Assembly (NCBI GenBank): GCA_028534125.1
Contig: CM052828.1
Span: forward strand, 54,994,001-55,058,000
Direction: 5' to 3'
Source of the DNA: Lama glama
Taxonomy: Eukaryota
DNA: 64,000 bases
The position numbers and the translations under genes are program-made. The notes under the pieces are model-generated. The model searched no databases, was not told where the DNA came from, and saw only the letters and a program-made list of their open reading frames with translations. Positions 11,951 through 25,359 of the stretch are shown in pieces. Each line of letters opens with the position of its first letter. Within the stretch, counting starts at the first letter, position 1.

Positions 11951-13255
11951 AATCACGGATACCTTTTTTGGGGGGAACGTGAATTCATTATCGAACTTTA
12001 AGTTTCCGAACTTCCTGGCAATAGATTTATTTTGAAGTACACCCTTCTGAGCTATGTTGAGATATAATAAATTCTAGGATCCTACAATATGACTTACTGA
12101 TTTATATAAAATCACCATTGTTGCAGTTTCTTTTTCTCACTTTATTCCTCAGGTTTTGTTCCTTTTGCTATATTCTCTAACGTGGGAGGAGAAGAAAAGC
12201 CCATGGTGGGTCTGGACACACTCTCTGAAGTGAGGTGCGGAGCTCCAGGTGCAGTAAGCGGCCGGGCCGCCCCGAAAGCCGTGTCAGCAGCAGCCTGACC
12301 GTCTGATGTTTGCACAGTCCTCGCTGGGGGTGAGAAGCGGACAAGCAAGGAGCTGGCCGGGGGAGGTGGTGAGTAACGGTGCCTTTTAACAGTATATTTA
12401 GTACAGCATGAAAGTTGACAGGCAAATTGTTTCTTCTTTTTCGAATCCATCAGCCGCGTCCAGGGCTCTGTTGTAACGAGGACTCCTCTGTAATTACTAC
12501 TTCTCTCTTTCAAAGGGGTGTAAGTCTTTCTCAGATAGTGTAATTTTAGAATGAAGTTTATGAAGTTTGCTGTGGAAACTAGAGATACATCCACAGCCTG
12601 GCAAACTCTGCTTTGAACCGTGATTCCCAGGGGGACCATCAGTGGTGCCCGTGGTGAGTGATGCTGGGATCTGGGGCGGTGACACAAAGCTGCCTTGTCA
12701 GCCTTGCTCTCTGTCTAGGTCACTCTACCTCCACGCTGACAGCTGGACCCGAATTCATTCCAGAAGAAGGTGTCCTCGGCAAAAATGTCACATTTCTGCG
12801 TGATTAACACAGGAAGCAAAATGGTGCTTTTAAAAGTCACGATGGCTTTCCAGTTTCAGGTAATGGTGGCCAGTGTCTGCACCACATCACTGAAAACAAC
12901 AGAGAGAGCTCTGTCCCAATAAAGAACTTCTGAAGGAGGCGTTCGAGATGGTGCAGAGTGGATGCTCAGCGCTAGTCCTGCGGCCCCTAAGACAACACCC
13001 ACTCTCTCATTCCAGCACTGTCTCCGTAGCTTTCAGTGTTAATTTAAGCCTATAGCTTTTTCTTATTAACTAGCACCCTCTCCCTTTGCTGCAAGGAGCA
13101 AAAAAATCTGTATTAAGTAGATCCTTCAAATTAAGACATCCAGACCCTCTCAAGCTCAGTTTCAAAAAGCATGTGACAGAAATATATCAACAAGTTTAAA
13201 ACCAGCAGAAATAACGAGGGGAAACCCGTGTGTTTGTTAACTTACTCATGTAAAA

Positions 13256-13261
13256 TTTATT
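13256..13261 (-). terminator. Probable METTL21C polyadenylation signal (AATAAA)
   Basis: tttatt on the + strand about 255 nt downstream of the METTL21C stop codon. Confidence 0.6.
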
Positions 13262-13516
13262 AAACACGTAGCTGAGACTCTTGGAAGCCAACAAAGCTAC
13301 TTTTACGTTTTTCACGTTATTCTTTGTGTATGTTTAGGTTAGTCAGATAATCCTGAATAGATTATTTTAGAAAGTCACTGTAGTATGATGTTTATTCTAG
13401 GTATGCAAGTTGTTTCTATGGACTACCTTCGCGTTTTTAGAAAAGAAATCTTTTCTTGAAATGCGATGTCTAACACTGTTTAAAAAGACACTCTCTTGTT
13501 TCGAAAGGCATTTTGT

Positions 13517-14209
<693 letters not shown>

Positions 14210-14887
14210 AAATAGACTAATGTTTCTGTCTTTTAACAAACTAAGTTAAACAGCGCGGTTTGGGGAGATTTCAGCATAATTAACTAAAGATACCAAGGTT
14301 CTTAGCATTTGCTTAGTGTAATAATTCATGTTTTTCCTTCTAAAATTGTGTTTATCTGAAGATTTTGGTTTTCTCTTACCTGAGGTATCAACACCCAGTT
14401 TTCTTTCCCCAAGGGATGGTCTATTTTGTATAATTCTGCCCCCTACTAAATGCATTAGATTAATTTTTAGGCCTTTGAAAGCTAGTGATAAGGGTTCACA
14501 AAATCACCCCATTTCCAGATGGGTTTTGATAGAAAAAGATCTGTAACCGTGTCGGCAGAGGTTCCTGCCTCTTGCCCAAGGCCCAGGACTTAACCAGCAT
14601 TTGGGGTGTAAATCTGTCTTCACCTTGGATTAACTCGCTTATGTTTTTTAAATGTTGGTTATAATAGTTGCAGTGGAAAGCAGGAGACAGTGTAACACCG
14701 TTGTTTACAACAGGGATTCAAGAGTCACACCTTCAGAATCTCAGCTTTGTCACACGGTCATCAATGGATTGGATAGGTTACTTAACCCCTCGAAGGTGCG
14801 ATTATGTTTTCTGGGGTAACAGTGGTAATTCTTGCTCTTGATCAATTTTGGGGAGATTCGGTGAGTGAGATCAGAGCCAAGCACCTA

Positions 14888-15166
<279 letters not shown>

Positions 15167-15581
15167 TTAAATACTGGAAGACATGTTATAGCTTCAGTTT
15201 GTTGAGGGGGTTCATAAGAATCAAAGCACCCATGCAACGCTGTATTTGGACCTCTGGAATATGGCAGCTCTAACATCCACCCAAGGAACTAGAGGAACGG
15301 ACGTTTTAAATCGCCTGCATCAGAAGCCTCTTGATCCAACCCCAGGGAGAGGAAGACGAGACCAGCGCTGACAGAACCAGGAGGGGAGGGCCCAGGACGG
15401 CAGCTCTGGTCAAGTCACATCAGGCCTCCACCCGCTTTACGACCGTTTTGCATAAACCCCCACAGCACCTCCCTGCCGACTCCGTCAGCACTCAGGTTGG
15501 TTCAGACTTTGCCTGCTACACTGGACAACCGTGCAGTCATTTTTGAAAGTGTTTCATCTAAGCCACACTTGACTGGCAGGA

Positions 15582-15722
15582 CAGTGCTTCCCAAACTTGA
15601 GTGCGCTGTCAGGTCGCCTGGGGCCTGGGGCAGGAGGTCTGGCGGGGCTCAGCACCGCATTTCTCACAAGCCCCCGGGTGATGCTACCGCGGCTGGTCCA
15701 GGGCCCACGCTCTGAGTGGTAG
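15582..15722. mobile_element. MER5A-like hAT-Charlie element
   Basis: cagtgcttcccaaacttgagtg ... gcatttctcacaagcccccgggtgatgct...gctggtccagggcccacgctctgag. Confidence 0.7.
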
Positions 15723-17791
15723 CAAGGAGGTTACATCCTTTACACAGTTAAAAAAAATCATGAATAAATTAAGGGAGATTTTTGTACAGAAAATCAACGT
15801 CCCTTTCCTTACTCCTTCATTATCCTCTGCCTCCGCCTCCTGACCTGTCTATGAAAGATGGAGGGTATCTGATCTGCGTGGGGTGTCAGGGGTGGGCCAG
15901 CGGGCGTCAGGTAGCAATGTCGCGGCTTCGAGTCTGGGCCGAGTTAGGCCTGAGAGTGTTATGAGCTGGGAATGTGAATACTGAGGTGAAAAAGCCAAAT
16001 GGACTCTCGAGTTTGCATGTTTCCAGCCTTGCCTTCCCCCCGGATGCTCTAGACTCCTTGCTTCCTATTTAGGACGAGGCCAGAGCAGGGGCGGTGTGGA
16101 CCATCTGAGCTCTCCCCACGGCCCGAGGCCACTTTCCTTCCTCCTTGTCTGTTCCTACTGAGCAGTCATCTCCTCTCGGGGACCCGAGGAGCAGGGGCCG
16201 GGACACGGAAACCGATTCCAGACGGCACCACTGGGAGCTAAGGGGCATACGGAGGCCCCGGAGAGGTGGCCTGGGTGCTGAAGGATGAGCCGGGGGTGAC
16301 GGCACGAGAGGCGACGCCGCAGGGCAGGGCGGCGGGCTGAGCGGCACGGTGCAGAGCGGCACCAGCCATAGCGGGACCTCTGGAGCTGGGAGCTGAAGTT
16401 TGGAGGGAGGAGTTCTTTGGTTCTTGAGGAGAAAGGGTAATTATTCACCGTGTGGGGAGGGTTCATTGTGAGGAAGCATGTCACCCAGAGCCAACCAGAC
16501 CTGTGCATTGAGAGGCTTTTGAAGGGATGGCTGTAGGCTTCCTTCCTGAAGTGCCCTGGGCCCGTCGGGTGCCACCTGGAGGAGGATCCCCCCTCCCCCA
16601 GGAACAGCTGCATCTTTTGGCGTTGCCACCACCGCCCCCTCCCTTTCTAGTCCTATTAGCAAACTCCGAAAAGCACCCTCTGTCAGCTGCTCCTGAAGTC
16701 ACACACTCTAGAAACCCTTCTGCAGCTCTTAGGAAACCAAGGTCCCAAGAGGGGCCAGGGTTTGGTGCATGAAAGGCTGAGGCCTTATTAAAACAGTCCA
16801 GTGGACAAATACTCTTTCTCCATTGCTGATCTCTGAGGCGCTGCTGCAGGTGTCGGTCAGACCCTGCCAGTGGGAAGCCGTGTAGCAGCTTGGGAGTTTC
16901 TGACCTGTGACGCCAGAGAAAAACCCTTATCTGGAGGAAATCCTACTTCTGTTAAGCAAAGGGGTAAAGATTGAGCTTCCTTGGGTGGGAACAGGATGGG
17001 TGGAGCTGTAAGAGCCTGGGGTCTGAGGCTGGCCCTCCCCTTCTCTGCCCTGCGTCTCCCCTCCCTGGCCACCTAGGAGAGCTCCAAGGAACCCCTGATC
17101 ACGGCCACCCGATGGACCAGCAGGTCTGCGTCCCCCGGGAGGATGTAAGAAATGCTGCCCAGACCACCCTCCCCCATCCGCAACCTCCTGAGTCAAAATC
17201 TGCATTTAACAAGAACCCAAAAGGAGCCGCAACCCTCCCTGCTAACAGCTGAGCAGTTCTGGTCTGAAGCCTCTCCGAGCACCAGCATGAGAACCTCTGT
17301 GGTGACAAGAACGAGGGTGCTGGCCCTGAGGGCCACTGTCCTAGCCTGATCCTGCACCATGCCCCAAGTGGAAACAGCACACACAGCCTGAACATAACAG
17401 GTTTTCTGGCTCTAAACTCAGGGTTTCCACCCATCGCAGGGCCGTGCTCTTAGGACCGTTGCAGGCAGAACATGAGCTGAAGCACCACTTCCTGAGCGCT
17501 TCCACTGGGACCTGCACACCATGCAGCGGGAGTGGCCCAAAGGTGCAGGCTACAGAAGCTAAACTCTCAACACTTTTTTCTGATTTTTTTCTTAATTCAT
17601 ATGAATGTTTCATCCTACTTCCTGATATGTTCAAGGTTATTTTAAAGTAAAAAGTAATGTTTCAAGAAACAGCATAGAGGGAAGTCATCGCTCCTAGGAG
17701 AGATGCCGTGTGTCTGCAGGGTCGAAGCACACCAGCAGCCCCCCCCCCCGGGGCCATCAGTTGACCCTCAACTTGAGAAGCGCGGATGTTA

Positions 17792-18238
<447 letters not shown>

Positions 18239-21013
18239 TCAATTCGGGAGAAGACAGACATGCGGTGGGCCCATCCCTCCCTCTGTCTGGATGAGAGGAG
18301 GAAGCTAGCCGACCGGCAGAATGGCACAGAGGAACCGTCGGCATAAGGGAGACCGAGGCTGGCATGGACCTGACTTATTTTTAGGTCTTGAAGTAACCTT
18401 CCCACATGTTGGCTGGAACGTGTTCCTTAAATCCTTCCTACGGCTCCTCAAAAGGTACAGGTCACCCAAAGACAGCCAGCTCCACAGTCGTGGGGGAGGT
18501 TGTCAGATGAGCTCCGGCTATTAAGTTACGACTCCTTTAAATACTCCTTTACATGCCTGACCCACTCAAGCCGCTCTCGAATATCATATAAAATGAGAGG
18601 AAAAGGGCACCTGATCGGGGCTGACCTCATGCGAGCACAGAACATCACGGGGTTTTGCAGAAGGTTTCAGAGTAAAAGGAACAGTGAGTCAAAAGGTCAG
18701 AGTGAGGATGCTGAGAATACGAAGGGGCTGAGGCAGGAAGGGGCGCTGCTGGTACCTGCGGTGGGAGGGCAGCAGCTGCGAGGAGTCTGGGGGAAGCTGC
18801 CTGAGACCTGCCTTTGCTGCCCAAGCGATGCCTGGGAAACAGCCAGCCCGGCATGGAATACGGGAGGAGCTTGGATCAGAAACACACACTTGAGGTGGAA
18901 GAGGGGTGAATTCAAGCTGAGGGGAGCTTCGGAGAGGCCTAACCAGGACCCACCCTCAGCTTTCGGGCATCACTGATTTCCACCCACACTAGACAGTTCT
19001 CCGCCACGGCTCTGCACACCGTTTGTAATGGGGTCCCAGTAAGAAGAGGACAGAAACGTGGAGAAAGCACTTAAGAATCTTGACAACAATTTGACCACGT
19101 CTATTGAATCTAATTATGAGAAACCAAAGCTCATATCATGTATGTATTTGCATTTTCATTTTGTTTTTCCAGAAATTCATTTTTGTTCTGTTTTACCAAA
19201 GAAAAGTATCAGAATGGTCTCTGACCACAGTGTGAGCAAAGTGGCTGCCGGTGATGCTGGCAGCTCTTGGCCCTGGGTTCTGACCTGGTGTGTTCCAGCC
19301 CCAGAAGGAGAATTCTCTGTCCTGACCAAAAAGGCGAGCTTCCAGAGATCTGGAACTTCACCGAACTTTCCAGAACCTGCTGGTGAACAGTGGCCGAGTC
19401 AGTCCTGAGACTTTGTCCTATCCTGTCATGGGCCCCGGTGGAGGCTGTGGGGAGGCCGTTGGGGGTTGGGGGTCGAGGCCTGTGGTCCTCACCTCCTCCT
19501 GTAAGGGAAGCTACTGACATCTGACAATGTCAGCCCAACAGAGAGGACCCCGCTCCTCCTGTAGGCTCAGAGGCTGACTCTGAGTTCTGTTTCAGAGACA
19601 ATGAGAAGGCAGAGGAACAGACCACGACGTGCCGGTAAGCGTTTAATAGCCAGGTTGGGGCGGGCGGTGAGGAAGCCCTGACGTGCAGGGTTCAGCCGTG
19701 ACCACCATGTAAACGCCATCACCTCTGTGATTTCAAAGGAGCAGCGACCACCCCAGAAGAGGCGCAGTGGCCGCTGGCAGGTAGCATTGCTACCATGGAC
19801 TCCAGGCCTGTCGGCTGCTTACGAGCACAGATCATCGTCAAATGTAGGGAAATCATTCATGGTGAGACGTGAGTGTTGGTTACCTAAGTTTTTACATATA
19901 CCTTTGCCCTTTACATAACCCATTTCATTGTATGTTTCTATAACGTAAATTTTACCAAAGGCCATGTTTAACAACCAGCTCAAGAAATTGCTGAAATCCA
20001 CCAGCTGGTGTAGGCCCTCCGGTGCCCGGAGCCCGTGCAGGGCCCTCCTTTCCTCAAGCTGCTCATCACCGGACCACCTACTCCAGCAGCCAGATCATCA
20101 GGGACTGAGGCGCCTGCCGGCTTCCTGTCCCTTCGTCTCGCCCAGACCTTTCCTCCTTCCCCGCCTCCTCCCACGTGTCACTAACTGGAGGCTATCTCTT
20201 CTCTCAAGACTGTAGGAAAAGCCAGTGGGCTGATTTTAAGTGGCTCATTCTTCCACAGGATGACAGATAATAACTTTCCGGGTCAACATTATAAAGAAAC
20301 TTGGGCACATAAATTTCCTCCCGTAAGACCTGTTTCTGTGCCGCAGAGATACAGAAATGTATGCTTACTGCACATTACTTTCACTTATTGTATCTATGCT
20401 AGCCTGATAGTTCTGGAGAGGTCAGACTTTAGAGATAAGTAGAGTTGAATTTTTATGTAACAATTTAGCAAAAATGAATTACACCCTGATTTAGCAGAGT
20501 TGGGACATGATTTTCCCCATTCAATGATTATAAATGCTCTAAACGTGGTATCTTGGCTTTTATGACATCATGTGTTATGGCTGTTATTTCCATACTGCTG
20601 AGCCCCTGCCCAGAAACGCAGCCTTCAATGTTTGCCTCGTCAGAATGGGAAAATGCATTTGGCTTTACAAGGAGCCGCTGGGTGACCCAGCAGCCAGGGG
20701 TACATTTTGGCCAAAAGTAGAAAGGAACGTAGATTTTGTTTCTTTTTAAAAGTTCTGGCTACAAAAATGTAACTCTTAGATTTATAGCCAGAGTGAAACA
20801 AAGTTGTGGACTTTTGATAGGTAAATGATGAAAACAGGGATGACTCTGGGTGCTATGCATATAATAGCCTAAAGGCATTTTTCTACCAAGCTTCACTAGA
20901 GGGAAAAATCTAGAGTTACCAGGAAACAGACATCCTTGGCCCCCTAGGCTCCCTGGAAAATGACATCACCAGGAAAAGAACTGAGGTGCTATGGAGGTGA
21001 GGAAGGAGGTTAC

Positions 21014-21140
21014 CTCCGGGGGGTCCGCTGCTGCCGTCTGTGTGCAGAGCCTCCTCGTCTGCCTCTGTCTGGCTGTCCGGGGGGCTTGGTCCCTCCTGCA
21101 GGTGCCCAGGCTGCTGCTCGGAGCGCAGACACACATCCAT
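21014..21140 (-). CDS. METTL21C: METTL21C protein-lysine methyltransferase, coding exon 1 ([12 protein letters not shown]...SGPPG)
   Basis: ATG at 21140 in strong context (atcATGg), donor GAG|gtaacc. 127 nt = 42 codons + 1. N-terminus resembles human MDVCLSSAQQPG. Confidence 0.9.
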
Positions 21141-21899
21141 GATGGGAGTTGCTGGAGAGGGGAGAAGCGGCCAGGAGCGAGCACTCAGCCAGGCTGTCTG
21201 CATCGCCCAGAGCCTCTGCAAGGTGCAGCTTATCGCCTTAGCATCTGCTGAGCCGGAAGGAACACTTGCTTTTCAGCTTAGCTCCCGGGTGAGGAAAGCA
21301 GCCACCCCAGAGCTGCCATCCTGGTGTTGCAGAGCAGAGTGGAGGGAGACCATGAGCCATTACCCCACCTGCTCTGTGTGTGCAGAAAGGCAAAATCAGA
21401 GCCACCGGAGCCTGAGACCAGCACTGCGTCGCGGTGATCTAAAATGTACTTCCAAGAGCTCTTGGAACTGAATCTTGATAAAGAAGGTCTGATCCAGCCA
21501 TGCATACCCCTGGAGGTACCTTGCAGACCGCGGGTTAATGACATCATGGGTTTGGCCCCAGTGCAGGGCTGCTCCCTTTCCGTCTGAGGCTTAGAGCAAG
21601 ATAGTAGAAAGTGCCGGGGGCTGAGAGCCAGGAGGCTGGTTTGGCTTCCCGCTCTGACTCTTGGCAACTCACTTAATCCCCTCCATGCCATTTCCTCATC
21701 AGCAAAGGGGGCGGATCATTTCTGCCTACCTCCTAGGACTGTGGCAAGCAGCAGGAGTGCAGAAGTGGTTCTTGCGGCACAGGAAAACTCTGCTGATTCA
21801 GAAGAGAGGACCTAGCTCTTGGGCTCATTGATCAGCATCAGACTCATGGCCCCTGACCCGGCTGCAGGGCTCCTCGCGTTGTTGCCAAGCCCCATTCTC

Positions 21900-22095
21900 G
21901 TGCTTTGAGTGCATCGATTCATCTGATCCTCACAGCAAACCCTCTGAAGCAGAAGCTATTATTATGCCTCTTCTCAGATGAGAGACATTCGGGCACAGAG
22001 AGATTCAGAAGCAGCCCAGGAGCTCGCAGTTGGCCAGCAGCAGGGCCAGGAGTCCGGTCCAGGAGGTCCAGATGCAGGACCTGCATTCTTGACCA
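21900..22095 (-). mobile_element. MIR SINE
   Basis: tcatctgatcctcacagcaaaccctctgaag...tattattatgcctcttctcagatgag is the antisense MIR core. Confidence 0.7.
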
Positions 22096-23452
22096 CGAGG
22101 CGGGACACGGCTTGGTTTCCTGGCTTGGTTTGCCCTGGAATTACTCGTAATGCTTAGTTGTCGCAGTTGTTTTCTAGTCTTTTTTTACAAAATGTAAATA
22201 ATTTTCCTGATTTGTTTTTACACCCCAGAGTTGCCCCATCATATTGCTTCAGCCAACTGGGGAGCGCCACCAGCCACACCGGCAACACTAGTACGAACTC
22301 GTTGACTCTAGTGAGCAGACAGACAAAACACCAGAAAGAGCGCCCGGGTCTTCAGTGAGTGTAATTCCACTCCACGCCTGGAGCGGTTGCGTGTCCCTCA
22401 CATTCACGTGCAGCAGATTGCACACAAATGGGATTGCTGTGAAAGTAATTCAGCATTTTCACTGGCTCTAGAATCACACAATCAGATGTTTGCTCCTCTT
22501 CTCCAGCTCACCAAGGCAGCCAGCAGAGCTCTTCCAGCCCGTGCTCTCTCCTCCCGCAGATGCTTGCTCCTTCTTTTCAACTTCCTCCCAACTCCAGGAA
22601 GTTAGTTGTTCCCCCAAAGATAGCTGACTGGTTGGTTGTGGGTACCCAGAGCATCTTCAGGGCAGAAGTCTCAGTGCTGGGCTGAGGGGCCTTCCCCGGA
22701 ATCTTGGCCGTACGATGTACAATCTTTGTTGAAAATGTGGATAATGGTGATGCCGACGTCACATGACAGTTGTAGGAATTAAGCAAGGTAATTTGTGCAA
22801 AGCCTCTCCCACATCCAGTATCAATCGCTACTCTAATGTCCAAAGCTCTCTCCAAAGACATAGTCGGGCAATACAGCACTGGATGCGGGACACCCACCCG
22901 GCACCATCGGAGTCTGCACATTGAATTTAAGACATTTCTCCCTTTTGCACTCAAAAACTAGTACTATTTTTGTCCAAATAACAGGTGATATTTTCCTCGT
23001 GAAGTGAAATGACCCTCTCCCCATCATTATAGCTGGCATGAGAGATTGTTTCCCCAAAAACCAACCTAGAAAATAACTACAGAAATCTACCGAGTGTTCA
23101 TTATTTATTAGTTCAATACATCATATGATCTATAGCATATGTTAGTATTTAAGAGTTAGGAAGTTCAGAGAATGGCTCCTTGTTAGAACTCTCAAAATAA
23201 GTTTGAACTGTTAATTTAAACATATCTTTACCTTGTGCAGCAGACGAGATTTGAGATTTCTGTGCACCCTTTAACCCCCAATGTTTTATATAGATCTGCA
23301 CCTAAAAGGATTAGCATTTTATGAACAAAAGCCAGCCAGTGGACGTCCAAGTTATTTAGGGTAGCATTATCCACCAGTACTCAGACACATTACTTTGCTA
23401 GAATTTCTTTTCTCTCTCTCTCTTTGCCATTCTCAGTTCTCATTTTTCTGCC

Positions 23453-23454
<2 letters not shown>

Positions 23455-23484
<30 letters not shown>
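23455..23484. repeat. (AC)15 microsatellite
   Basis: Perfect dinucleotide run read directly. Confidence 0.95.
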
Positions 23485-23486
<2 letters not shown>

Positions 23487-25165
23487 CTTGCAACATGAAA
23501 TGGAATCGCTCTCAAAAGATCCGGAAAATCACTCCAGCAGGACAGAGGTTGGTATCCAGTTGCTGTGATGTGATTTGAAATATAAACATATGTTTCACTT
23601 TAAAAAGAAGCGGGGCGGGGGTGGGGGGGACAGTCGGGGTTTCATGCGGACCTGCAGACTGTGTGTTCATCAGCCCAGCTTCTGTGGCTGAAGGAAAAGG
23701 CGTGCCTGCTGTGGGCTCTGTCCTGGACCCTGATTCCAGCAGCCAGAAATAATACAAGACTCTCCAGAGAGGAGGGCTGGAGAACGTCTATCCATCAGAT
23801 GGGACATGAGTCAAAGGCTTCAAGTCGCATAAGTGGTAGTTAGTTGGGGCAGCTATCAACAGGAAATCAGAAAACTCTCCCCAGAAAAAGCAAACCACTG
23901 TAATTGAACTGGAATAAGTGGCAGTTAAAAAGGAAGGAGAAAAACCGTGTGCTCATTTAGGAAGCCTGGAAACCCTTGAAATAGAATAAGGGCGCATGGG
24001 AATTAAATAGTCCCTTGGATTTGTGAGGGGCCAGAGCTCTCTTCTCTGCTGTCATTTTTTTTTTCCTTTAGTCTACTTCTTTTAACTCTGGCTCTTCATC
24101 CAGATGTGCTGGGGTCTCATGACTACCTCTGTCCCACCCCCTGAGATGAAGGGAGGGGCCTGGAACCTTCCAAACCTGTCATTCCAATGCCTTCTTATTC
24201 CCCACGTGGTCAGGCTGTGACCCAGGTGTCATCACCCCTGTGAGAGACAGCAAAAAAATGCTGCTCATTACAATTCTGTGAGTGACTTTTACAACCTGAT
24301 TGCCATTTATATGAACATATATATGTATATTTACAAACACACACATTTATTCTCAAGCTTTCAAATGAAAAGGACAAAGAAGAAAAATATTTTGAATCTC
24401 TTTTAATCTCACTACCTGGGCAAGGAAGCCTGACCAACATTTTTTGGTGTCAACTTCTAGGTTTTCTTGTATAAACCTTATCAAAGCCATCTGACCAAAA
24501 ATGAAACTGCATAGGAATACATATCTCTTTGACCTAGTATGGAATATTCAATTATTTTTTCAGAGTTTCTTTTTAATATTTTCTTTAAAAACCATCTTCT
24601 CAGCAGCTGCTTTAAGAAACAAAACAGGATTCTACTCCTTGGACCTGGAATAAATTAGTCCAAGCCTCTTGAACGCTGGACTGTAGGCAGGGATGTGTCA
24701 GAATTACCTGGAAGCTTTAAAGTACTCTGGGCCCCTGGAAATTCTTGTTCAACGGTCTAAGAAAGAGTCTCGAAGTTTGAACTCCCCGTCTGACTGTTCC
24801 CCGTGTGTCCAGCTATGGGGCAGGGGACACGTGAGATGCTTTCACACAGCTGAAGTACCGCCCCGCGAGGAGAGATTAGCTTCTGCCTGGCTCCGCGGGG
24901 ACCGCCGATGAAGTAAGTTCCCGGGAGGCAGGTTTGGGCGCACTAGGAAAGATCTTTGTCACAGGCAAGGCAGTGCAACAATTGGCCTCAGGGAGCCTGC
25001 CATGGTGGAATGTGGGCCAGATTCGGATTAGAAGATGCAGGGTTGGATGAAAGATTTACACAGGGTCAATGAGAGGGCTACATCTGTGCACCACCACCTT
25101 TCTCCATCAGCATGGGCTCCAATGTGTCACGGGGCTTTCTTCCCATTGAGCCCAGCCGTCTCGGC

Positions 25166-25359
25166 CAACGGTCCTCAGCATGGAGGGGTCTCTCCTCCTC
25201 CCGGGGATACTGGGCAATTTGCAGACTTCTTGCTTGTCACAACTCGGGGAGGCGCTATTGGCATCTGGCGCTGCCAGACGTTGTATGTTACACAGGACCC
25301 CCCCGCAGCAGAGACCCGCCCAGCCCAGAATGCCAGCAGGGCCCAGGCTGAGAACCCTG
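25166..25359 (+). mobile_element. MER20-like hAT-Charlie DNA transposon
   Basis: ggcaatttgcagac...ttgtcacaactcggggg...tattggcatctgg...cacaggac...gctgagaaccctg. Confidence 0.75.

Noticed and set aside
11915-11952. 13-bp direct repeat ttttcactgacaa
   Set aside because: Small local duplication at the edge of an old L1 fragment, with no functional indication.
12142-12687. 181-aa minus-strand ORF downstream of METTL21C
   Set aside because: Non-ATG start, no recognisable domain, and a length attainable by chance in GC-rich DNA.
16069-17434. Dense overlapping ORFs in METTL21C intron 2, considered as an alternative or duplicated exon
   Set aside because: Explained by high GC content. No similarity to METTL21C or any protein I recognise, and exons 2 and 3 join in frame without it.
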